Shown one piece after another: positions 23,701 through 35,700 of a DNA stretch of 64,000 nt (positions within the stretch are counted from its first letter, which is position 1; each line of letters begins with the position of its first letter). A program made the position numbers and the translations under genes. The notes beneath the pieces are model-generated. The model was not told the origin of the DNA. It saw only the letters and a list, made by a program, of their open reading frames with translations, and did no database searches. Origin of the DNA: Mobula hypostoma (lineage: Eukaryota); NCBI RefSeq assembly GCF_963921235.1, contig NC_086097.1, positions 202,990,001-203,054,000 of the forward strand, given 5' to 3'.

Positions 23701-26700
23701 CCTGGACTGACACCAACCTACTGCCCTCTACTGTGCCTATTGTCTTGTTTATTATTTATTGTAATGTCTGCACTGTTTTGTGCACTTTATGCAGTCTTGG
23801 GTAGGTCTGTAGTCTAGTGTAGTTTTTGTGTTGTTTTACATAGTTCAGTGTAGTTTTTGTACTGTTTCATGTAGCACCATGGTCCTGAAAAACATCATCT
23901 CGTTTTTACTGTGTACTGTACCAGCAGTTATGGTCGAAATGACAATAAAAAGTGACTTGACTTGAAATAACCTTATAGAATGTTTGGTGCAAGGAAGAAT
24001 GCTACATGCACAGATGATCAGTGGATGAGGATTGGGTTAAAGAGAGGATGTATATTTATTCACAGTCTAGCTTGTCTATTAGGAATCCTTGCTTGGGCAG
24101 TGGGAACAACCGGTGCCAACAGAGCCAGGAACTAGTACCTGAAACTGCATACAAAACATGAAAACTGACGAAGGGTGTAATAAGAATAGGTAAAAATTTA
24201 GAAAGTGACAGTTGTTGTTAATTTATAAATAATTTCACCACAGACCAATGACAATAATCAGTTGGAGCATAAATCCCGCGATTTGCTCGGAGCCTCCAGA
24301 ACACAAGCTTGCTACACCTCGTATTAAAATAAGTATTTTTTAAACCCCAGTTTAATACTCCAAGCAGTGATATTATGACAGAAATTACTGATTAAATTTC
24401 ACCAACCTGAGCAAATCTTCTTCTGAATGCTCCAATACCTGGAGTCTGCAAAGATGCCAGATTTGAGTACATCTCAGCATACTTGCTCCTCAGAAGATGT
24501 TGTTTTTTTTCTTTCATTGCTAGTTGACTCTTGATGTCAGTAACCCAGTCCTGTAAAAAAAAAGACTTATCTAGTTGCTTATTTATTTGTATACATTTGA
24601 AATATTTTAAAAATATATGTGAATTCTGAATATTACCTTAAACAACAAATCTGGATTACTCAATTGCTCCAAAGAATGGATGAACCTTTCAATTACTCCA
24701 CCTTTATCCAGTTTAGTTTTCAACCTTGAAGAAAAAAATATGGTTCAGAACTGTGGTCCAGATTCTGATAAGCAACCTGGGCAAAATTGGCAAAGCAATT
24801 ATTAACCAGACACAACTGATCTTTGGAAGGTGTGATGGGCAAGCTATTAGTTCAAATTTTCTTCTTTTTTCATTATTTTAGGAAGATGGCAACATGGGAA
24901 TAGCCAGCGTTTATTGCCCTTCCCTAATTGCGTTTTAAGTTGTTGGTTAATTGTGCCTAAGTTGCTGCTTTCTTGAACTGCAGCAGTCCCACAATGCAGT
25001 TGGATGGGAGGTCCCAGGATTTAGAACCAGTACTCATGAGGGACAGTTTATCTACTTCCAAGTAAGGATGCTGTGTGATTTGGAAGGACATCTGCAAGTG
25101 GTGGTGTCCTAATGCACCTCATAAACACGAGAGTCTGCAGGTGCTGGAAATCCAGAGTAGCACACACAAAACACTGGAGGCCAGGAACTCACCAGGCCAA
25201 GCAGCATCCATGCAGCAGAACAAACAATCAACATTTCAGACCAAGACTCTTTATTAGGGCACCAATGCCAATTAAGTCCTGATGAAGTGTCTTGGCCCGA
25301 AGCCTCAACCATTTATTCCTCTCCATGGATCGCTGGCTGACCTGCTGAGTTCCTCCACCATTTTGTGTCTGATACTCCTGATGCACTTCTACCTTCTCCA
25401 CTGTGGTGTTAGAGGCAATAGGTGTAGAATCTGCGACTGAGTCAGTTAACTGCAGTGTATGTCATACATTGCACGCAATACAGTCAAGATGCCATAATGA
25501 TGAAGGGAAAAACTATTTTGGCTGGTAGATGCGGTGCAAATCATGAGAAATACTTTGTCTTGGTGTTAAGCTCCATGACTATTTTTTGACCTGCACTCAT
25601 CCAGGCAAGTGAAGGGTAATCCATTATAGGGTTTGGAGAGTCAAGAGACAAGTCACTTGCTGCAGGGCACCCAGATCTCTGACCTGCTCTTGTACCTGCA
25701 ATACTCATGCTACATTTTGGTCACAAGACCGGGTGGCTGAGTTCCTGGTAACTAGTGGCTATGCATTTACTGTGCATCTCAAGTTAGTTGAGATGAGTTC
25801 ATTTTTACTCATTTGAAAAAGTAATTCAGTAACAGAAAAACAACCAACTGCAATTCTTTTTACCTTTCGACAAACTCCCTGTTCTTACTGCCATTTGCAG
25901 ATGGTTCAAATGTGAAGTTTTCACTGCTGATCATAAAAGGGTACACAACGGCTTGTGGGTAGGAATCTGCAATCTGCTCTACAATGTGCTGCACCACTTT
26001 AGCTTCCCTTTTGTCAAGTAGAGCCATCATTTGACTAATCCAACCAATGAACTGCCAACATGGAATGGAAGACACCTGAGGAATGTTAAGGAAGACTTAT
26101 TAGAATGTCATCTGTTCTTTATAATATGCATAAATACTTCATATTCAAGTCTAATATTAAATCATTTCATACAAGAGTGAAGTTAAAAGAAATGTTTCCA
26201 ACTACTATAATTCCATACATCCCCACCTCTACCTAATCAATGCAAAATTTTAATTTTCCTTCAAACATATTTTTTTGGTTTTGTATCAAATTATAAATAT
26301 TGGTTTGAAAAAAAAAGTAAAATCTTTTTAAATTCCTCTACAAACCCCATCTAGTTTGTATAATTAAAAATAAAAATAGATGACTCAAGTGAGGGAGCGA
26401 AGCAGAGACGGAAGAAAAATTGTGTTGTGCAGTCAAGATCGCTTTTTGTGGATGCACACCAGAAAGCAGATGGGGCAGAATTGATCGGGAAGAGTGTGAT
26501 TGAGTGAAACAAAAAGCATTTAATTCTAACATTTACAAAGCAGCAAAACTAACCATAAAGTACACCTTCTGTTAAATTGTAGTTAAACAGATACAAGACT
26601 AAGAAGGCATACAGTGTATTAGCCTTCATCAACCAAGGGACTGAGTTCAAGAACCGAGAGGTAACATTACAGCTATATAGGACCCTGGTCAGACCCCACT

Positions 26701-29700
26701 TGGAGTACATTGCTCAGTTCGGGTCGCCTCACTACAGGAAGGATGTGGAAACTTTTGAAAGGGTGCAGAGGAGATTGACAAGGATGTTGCCTGGATTGGC
26801 AAGCATGCCTTATGAGAAAAAGTTGAGTGAACTTGGCCTTTTCTCCTTGCAGCAAAGGGGATGAGAGGTGACCTGACAGAGGTGTATAAGATGATGAGAG
26901 GCATTGATCATATGGATGGACAGGTTTTTTTCCCAGGCTGAAGTGGCTAACACGAGAGGGCACAGTTTTAAGGTGCTTGGAAGCAGGCACAGAGGAGATG
27001 TCAGGGGTAAGTTTTTTTTTACGCAGAGAATGGTGAATGCGTGGAATGGGCTGCCGGCGACAGTGGTGGAAGAGGGTAAGATAGGGTCTTCTAAGAGACT
27101 CCTGGATAGGTATACGGAGCCTAGAAAAATAGAGGGCTATGTGTACCCGAGGTAATTTCTAAAGTAAGTACATGTTCGGCACAGCATTGTGGGCTGAAGG
27201 GCCTGTATTGTGCTGTAGGTTTTCTATGTTTCTAAGACTTACTTTCAAGGAAGATTAGATTTGAAGTTAACCAAAAAACTAAACCTATTGCTTCTTCAAT
27301 GACCAGTTTTGGAAGTCACTTTCTTAAAGAAGTTGTTAACTGTAATACTCCTTTTGGGTCCATCCCATTTTGCTGGAGAGCCTGAAATCCAGTCATTGAT
27401 TAATCACATTCATTCAATAAACCACAATGATATTTGAAGGACAGGTTTACTCTGTAAGCCTGGGAAGATAATGTAAATAAAAAATAGCACAAAGTTTGTA
27501 AAACTCGCAGTCCCAACTATGTCTCTAAACCAGCAGTCAATCAGCCAAAGGACGTACCTCTCTTGCCATAAGGACCTGTGTTTCGGTTGGATATAATTCT
27601 ACAATCTGTAGCAACCTCGGGAATCTTAACCGAGCTTCCTGCGAGTTATATTTCAGTGCTTTTAACATATTCTCCACCACACATTCTGGGAATGTCTGCA
27701 GCTCAGGGAAATTCATAACTGTGAAATAATTTATTGAAATCTTATGAAAAAATGGAAGCATCAGCATTGCAGAATAACTGAAGGCGTGAAGTCTAGAATA
27801 AACAAAATGGATAATCGTATTTACACTTCAATTCCCAGTAACTTAACAGCAAGTATTTCTTAAGGGTTAGAAGAACAGGGTTCTCTGAAAAGTGGATGTA
27901 GCGTTTTAGAGTCAGAAAACTGGGTACTTGTCATCACAAGGACAAGGATCATCAGGTCATACTTCTGTTGATAAATGACTAAACAGAATATCTAACTAAG
28001 CCAGAGAAAAAAAGAATCTGATTAGATAAAAGCACCAAAACATTTCAATCATAAAAGAAGTTAAATAATTTTATTGATAGAAGTTGGCAGCAAAAAACTG
28101 AATTTGGACATACAGTGGTCTCAACAGCAAGTTGTATTTACATTACTTCTTTGTTGCATTAAGACACTTGTGCCATCAATCAGAATTGAGTACTAAGCCA
28201 TTTGGAAAATATTATAGCATATGACAAATATGGTTTAAGGAGCAACTTAAAGGTGGTGGATCGAGAAACTGAGAAACCACTCCAGATAATGGAGTATTTT
28301 AGGAAGAGTTTTCCAAAGTTTAGAGTCTTGGCAACCAAACACATGATTGTTAATGATGGCAAGATTAAAGGTCAGGGTACTCAATTGGCAAGAAATAGGT
28401 AGATAAAAATCTGAGAACCTTAGTCACCATGGTGCCAAACAAGGTCTACGTTCTACTGACTTCTCATTGTCAGCACACAGAAGTGCATCTGTAGAAAGAG
28501 AATTAAGTTATTACAAACTTTCTTGTAGGCTTACTGTTTTCACTTTCTTCTTCTTCACGTAGACACTTGTCACAGAAAGTTGCCAAATTCATGTAGGCCT
28601 CAATTACTCCTGTTGTGGCAACATACTCTTCAGAAAGAGACTGCAACTGTTCTTCAGTCTTTTTAACAGAATCTTGGAGGTATCTATAAGCCTTTCTGTA
28701 CAATCCAATTGTAACCTGAAGCAAAACAAGTCACATTTCCAGATGAGCTTCAATCAATAAAAGCATTTGCACATCCTGTCGCTAGAGTTAGGGATGATTT
28801 CCTACCTGTGCTACATCATCACTGGTGGATTCAGAAAGCTTTACCACTTCTCTCAGCTGATCCCCTCCAATGTGCTGAAAACATGATGGATCTTTAGCCA
28901 GAGCATTAGCCATAATGTGGTAGGTTGTACCAAGCAAAGTGTTCTGATCTCTGAGAACATCCCGGTGTGTATTTAGATATTCCACCTTAGTTTCAACTGT
29001 AACAAGAAGATGTTTAGATTCTCATGTCCTGACTAAATGTTACAATGACCTTAACTTGCTTCAGAAGTGACTGAGTACCCAATGCATCAGGTACTTTAAC
29101 AATATACATCAAAGTTCAAAAATTATTAAAGACGGCAAACAAGTTGAATACAGTGTTAAACTAGGTGTTACAAAGTGCATGCATTGTGCCATTACAGGAA
29201 AACCTATACAGTGTCTGCATTGTGCCATTACCGTGAGACTTATAATGCCTTTACTGAGAGCTTGTGAATCATGAAAGGTTATGGCACAGGAGGCCAGGCA
29301 AGCTCATTATCTGCATACCAACCAAAACCAAAGTACTAAGATTAAATCTATGTGAATGCTCAGCATTTTTCTCCAGGATATCTTCCCTTGTGAAATGCAG
29401 TTTGTAGCTGTTTGAGCTTTGGCAAAGTAGGTGGTGGTGGAGGGCGGGGGGTACGGTCAAACAGCTTAAAGTTGGAGTGCAGGGTGAAAGGCTTGATTGC
29501 AAATGAGCTGGGTGCAAGGGTTTCCTGCTACTGAGCCAACTTTGGATACAATATGCTGCACTCTCTTGGATCCTTTGGACTTTGAATTTTCTCTACAACC
29601 TCTACAAAAGACCATGCTGAAATCAAACTACATCAAACAACCCACCTTGCTCGCCCCCTCAGAAGAGGTAATCAGACCTGACCATGGTGACTCCTTAAGG

Positions 29701-32700
29701 CTAATCAGTGACTTTCTAAATGACATACTGTCGCTTGGAATTGACTCCAATAATTTCTCACTCCCAGTCCCCAAGTTAACTGGCCTGCAATGACTCAGTT
29801 TACTCTTTCCTCTCTTTTTAAACAATATTCACTTTTTCAATTTCCTCTTTTGCTTATGAACAAGTAATTTGTTGTTTCAATTTGATGGCAGTCGATAAAC
29901 CATTCTTTAATTGTATTACTCTACTTCTAAATCTTCCTGGGACTTGGTGAAGTCAAAGTGATACTACAAACCAATAAACAAATTTATGCATGTCAGCTGA
30001 AAGAGATGATATTTTTATGTCAAATGTGTCTATTGAGGAAAGCATCAGAGTTTTCATAGACTGGCATTTCAGTTGCCGTGGCACCGAGAGGGGCCTGTTG
30101 TTCATTACCCAACAAAGGGATATTCTTCATCACTGTTTTAATCTGCTCAGCTCTCCCCAAATTCAGACTGTGCCTGTGTCTGTATCGGCTGTAACCATGG
30201 ATCCATTTTGCTCTCCAGTCATCTCTGGTGTAGGACTCCTTTAACAGTTCTTTTAGTAGTTTTGTTGACACTGAGAAGTTGTTCTGAAATATAGAAATTA
30301 GACAAGTTTTTTTCCATAACAAAAGTCATAGCAGACTGAAAATGTAATAGTTTCATGATGGTAAAGAGTTGTCATGGTGGGATTGTTTGGAGGGAAGTCT
30401 AGGAGAGATGTCTGAGGCAAGATTTTTTTTTCCACAGAGAGCGGTGGGTGCATGGAAATTGCTGCCGGGGTGGTGGTAGAAACAGATGAATCAGAGACTC
30501 TTCGATAGTCACATGGATGAAGAGAGGGTGATGTGGGAGGGAAGGGTTCATTAATTTTGAAGTAGGTCAAGGGGTTGGCACAATATTGTGGGCTGAAGGG
30601 CCTTACTATACATGGACTTTTGGCTACACATTGCTGCTTCAGTTAATCCACCAACATAATCAAAGAGCTCACCCACCTTGTACATTCTCTCCTGTTCCCC
30701 CTCACATCAGGCAGACGATACAAAAGGCTGGTATCAGCTTACACCAGGTTCAAGGACAGCTTCTATTCCACTGTTATAAGACCACTGAATAGTCCCCTCA
30801 CACAATAAGATGGATTTTTGACGTCATAATCTACCTTGTTATGCCTTTCATCTTATTGTCTGCCTGCACTGCACTTTCTTCGTAACAGTATAACTTTATT
30901 CTCCATTCTACTATTGCTTTCTCTTGTTCTACATCAAGGCACCGTTAAAGTGAAATAATCTGTATAGATGGCATGAAAGAAAGTTCTTCACTGTGATAAA
31001 CCAATTCGCAAATGTAATAATCAGTTACAATTTTAAATATTTAATCGCAATGCATTTCAACCATAAAAATACAAATCGGACATAAAAATATAAATAAAAT
31101 ACTTGTAATTTAGCATCTTCCAATCTTTTGCCACAGACGAGTAGTTTTTGTTACTTTATTTCTTTTCCGCATGTAAACCGATCACTGTTGCCACTGGAAC
31201 ATTCCCCAGGTGATCACTATTCACAGTTAACCTTCCACTGTGAGGTTGAGCTGATTATTTGACCACAAGAAACAATACTTGGCACTCCCCACAGCAATAG
31301 GAACAATGACTGCCAGTTAGAAACTGGAATTGTAGCATATACTCATCCAATGTTCTCATCACTTCTGTGTCATCTGAACAATTGACACTGACACTTTAAT
31401 GACACTGCTGTCAAGATTATCCACACATAATTATTCATCAATTACTGATAGTACGTGTACTGAGTTTAATCAACAGATAATGGAAACAGTTAGCTGCATA
31501 CCTGTTTGCTTGCACTTTCTAACATTTTTAACTTCATCTTAAATTTACAGTCTCTAATGGCCATGTTAATATCTTCCTCTTCTCCGTCCACTTCCATCTG
31601 AACACCAGCTCCTTCGTCATCTACCTCCATACTGTCATCAGCTTGAGGAAACGACAACCGCTCCTTAATCTTGTCAAGGAAGAAACAGCTGGAACATGAA
31701 CCATATAAAATGATCATTTATGGCACAAAATAAAAGGTGAAGTCATGCTAGTGGATATTTGTTACCACCCCTGGCAATGTCAAGAATGCCAATTCAGATC
31801 AGATCAACTTTGGGTGAGAGGTGGTCCACTCATGGGGCTTGGCTGAGGTCAGGTTTTATGTGTCTGGTCAGGCTGATTCTGAGAAGGCTACAACAGTTTA
31901 TTTGCAATTGTTTAACTTTCTGAAGTCTTCCTATCAGTCCCCAGGTTGGCCACACTTGTTCATTAACGCTAATGCTATTCGGGTCCTGGATGCCACCTGA
32001 CTTAGATTGGTAAACCCTCATCACCATATACTCTTCCTGACTCTATGGGCACGTTGGAAGCTGGTTGATCTGATGTCTCACAGATTCAGTGATGCATATT
32101 CAGTCCTCACTGAGGCTGTCTGTGTGAAGTTTTCACATTCTCCCAGTTACCATGCAGGTTTCCTCATAAATCTCAAAGATGTACTGGTTGGTAAGCTAAT
32201 AAATTTCCTCTATTGTGTACGTTAGTGGGAGAAATGGATTTGGGGGGTGGGGTGGGGGAAAGAATTGATAAGAATGCAGCAGAATAAAATGGGATTACTG
32301 TGGCTCACGGGGCTGAAGGACTTTTCCTGACTTTGAATCTGTGATCCTGTACTAAGCGATAAGTTTGTATTGAGTTTGTCAGAGTCATGTCTTGTGGTCC
32401 TGCTGAGACCCAATGCAGATTAGAAGACCACTGCATCAAGTGCCTTTGCTGTGTCCAATACAAGAGGCAGGATCTCCAAGTAGCCACCCATTTCAATTCA
32501 ACTCATCAGGGCTCTAACAGAGATGATGGCAGAACAGTAATGGCTTGAGTTTATGGGGGCAATTTGGAAGGTGTAAGATAGATACATCCCAAAGATGAAG
32601 GAGTATTCTAAACAGAGGATGAGTAATAGAAGAAGACAGTATAAAAGTAAAATAGAGCACATACAAAATAGCAAAAATTAGTGTAAAATCAACTGAGGGC

Positions 32701-35700
32701 AATTAAAATAACCATAAGGAGAGAAAAGACGAAATATGAAGGTAAGCTAGCCAATGATAACAAAGAGGATAACAAAAGCTTTTCAGACATCTAAAGAGCA
32801 AAAAAAGACATGTGAGTGGATATTGGACCGCTTGAAAATAATGCTGGAGAGGAAGTAGTGGGGGTAACGGGATGATGGATGAACTAAATAACGGATGGGG
32901 TACGAGGGGGAGGTGGGGCATTAGCGGAAGTTTGAGAAGTCAGTGTTATATAACCCCATCCGTTATTTATTTATATTGTGACGAAAGAGGGTTACAAAGA
33001 GTACCCATAGATTAAGATGTTAACTGTCCTGTGCTGGCACCAGTGGGATCAACAGTTGATCTGCCACCTGTCTTCAGGAGAAAGAGAGACAAGGAAGACA
33101 ATGGAGCAGCATTTGGAAATGTTAATGAAAAAACGGGAGAGTTTAACGGAAGGAGACACGGTCTGAGAGCTGTCAAGATCGGCTCCTTTTTGAACCCTGA
33201 ACTGTTTGAAGTGTGATGGACAGGCGATACCCCAGCAGAGGGATAAAAAAGGACAGGTTCGCTAAGGCAGGACACACACGACACCACGAGGTAATGAGAC
33301 CCTGGAAGTGGTGCGCCTCCCACAAGTCGGTGGGAGTTTTTGGAGGGCTGGTCGCGGGACCAAGCCATAGACGCACAGGGTGGAAAGGTACGATCGGCGG
33401 GAACCTGGTGTGTGTCCGCCCTTGCCTGGGTGCCAGGTTCACTGCAGAGGAACGATCGTATCTGAAACGGAGGGGTCACAGTCGGTGACCTCAGAAGACA
33501 TTACAAAGGGCTCGCCCGAAAGCTGACTGCAAGGAATATCGAAGGTCTGTGTGGAAGCCGTTTTGAATATTCATTCGCTTCCGCCCTCTCTCTCCTCCCA
33601 CCCCCCCCCCCCCGTCCACCGGCACGGCAGTGATTACTGTGAACTGAACTGAACTCAATTGAACTGAACTTTGCGTCACTTTGAAACTGGTCATTTACCC
33701 CTAGACGAGGATAGAGCTTGATTGATCCTATTATCCTAGTTCTGTGTACATGTGTGTTTATCATTGCCGAACTGTTGCATTTATTATTCTTTTGGATTAG
33801 AGTACTATGTTGCTTATTTTTTTAATAAAACTTGCTTAGTTCCAGTAATCCAGACTCCAACTAAGTGGTCCATTTCTGCTGGTTTGGCAACCCAGTTACG
33901 GGATACGTAACATAAGTGGGGTTTTCGTCCGCGATTTTGAACGCTAAATTTGGGACGGAGTAAATTGATTGGGGTAAAGTTCCCGAAAGAAAGAAAAGGC
34001 AAACAGCAGAAATGGAGATTGAGGAATTTCTAAAGGCGCTGATCTAGGAGGCATTAGAAGATGCCAGGAAAGCGGAATTGGCAGTTGTGGCCAAACGGTT
34101 GAATCTTGTTAAGGGGAAGTCGACAATGAGGAGAGAGGAGATACACAGAGCTATCGTAGAGCACTATGTATCTAAAGGTGTGTTTTCCCAAGTGGAGCTG
34201 GAGGTGGTATCTAGTGAAAAACCTGCTGGAGACGCAGTACAGGTGCAGCTTGAAAAACTGAGACTCGAGCACGAGTTCCGGGTATGGCAACTAGAACACG
34301 AATAGAAAGAGAAACAGTTAGAACGGCAGGAGAGAGAGAAAGAGAGGCAGTCGGAGCGAGAGGAGAAACAGAGGGAAAGGGAATTTGAGCTGGAGAAGTT
34401 AAGGATAAGGGCAGAGCAGGGGCCCGTGCCGGACCAAGGTGGAGGGTTCAGGGCGACCCAGGACGTTAGGCTGGTTCCCCCATTTGACGATACCGATGTG
34501 GATCGGTACTTTCTCCATTTCGAAAAAGTTGCTACAAGTCAGGACTGGCCGAGGGATAAGTGGGCTGTTTTGCTTCAGAGTGTACTTAAAGGAAAGCCCA
34601 ACAAGCTTACTCAGCTTTGTCCGCGGAAGATGCCCAGAGGTATGATGTGGTGAAAGAGGCCATCCTCAGGATTTATGAGTTGGTCCCGGAGGCATACCGG
34701 CAGAGGTTCCGGAATGCGAGGAAGCAGTGGGACCGCACGTATTTAGAGTTTGCCCATGAGATGCAGACATATTGTGAGCGTTGGTGGGCCTTGAAGGGGG
34801 TAAATGGGGATAATGACAGACTGCTACAGCTGATCCTGATTGAGCAGTTTAAAGGTTGTGTCCCTGAGGGTATGAGACCCTACCTAGATGAGAAAGAGGC
34901 AGCCACGTTAGCCGCAACTGCTAAGTTAGCGGATGAGTACGCGTTGACGCATAAAATGAAGTTTGCCCCGAGTAAAGGCTACCAGAAGGGTAGTCAGGAC
35001 GGTGAGGAGAGTCCGCCAGAAAAGTCAGAAAATAAGCCGGGGACTAGTGAGAAGGATAAGGTAGACCGGGAGCAGTCTGGTAGGAAGTCTCCTGGGGTCG
35101 TCTGTTATAATTGTGGGAATGTCGGACACTTTGCGTCCAGGTGCTTTGCCCCAAAGAAGGAGACGGGAAAAGGAAAAACAGCGATTTTGACTGGCTGTAT
35201 CGAGCTGGTAAACGAACCACTAGGAGAGGAAAGGTCTGCCAAAGTTCAGGAAGGGCGCGAGAGGTTTATCTCGGCCGGATTGGTGTTGGTGAAGGAGGGG
35301 TTAAACCCAGTTCCAGTGCGGATCTGGAGAGACACGGGAGCGTGTCAGTCATTGATATTGAAGAGTGTATTAGAGTTTAGATCAGAGACCCAGACTGGGG
35401 AGGTCAAGGTAAAAGGTATTGGGGGAGGGACAGAGGCAGTCCCTTTGCACCAGATACACCTACAAAGCAAATTGGTCTCTGGACTAGTCACGATCGGGGT
35501 GAGGTCCGAATTACCAATGAAAGGCATGGAAGTCTTACTCGGTAATGACCTCGCGGGGGGAATTGTGTTCTCGGCAGTGAGATTGACAGGTCAGCCTGCC
35601 AGCATTGAGGCCTCGCCCATGGACTTGCAGGTTTATCCCGTTTGCGCAGTAACTCGGCGGATGTCGAGGAAGGCTGCAGAGGCTGATATAAAGTTAGCTG

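Noticed and set aside
33012..33479. 155-aa antisense ORF in the LTR
   Set aside because: Frameshifted in the other LTR and has no recognisable domain.
33640..33672. tgaac pentamer run
   Set aside because: Simple repeat intrinsic to the LTR and present in both copies; not CRISPR-like.
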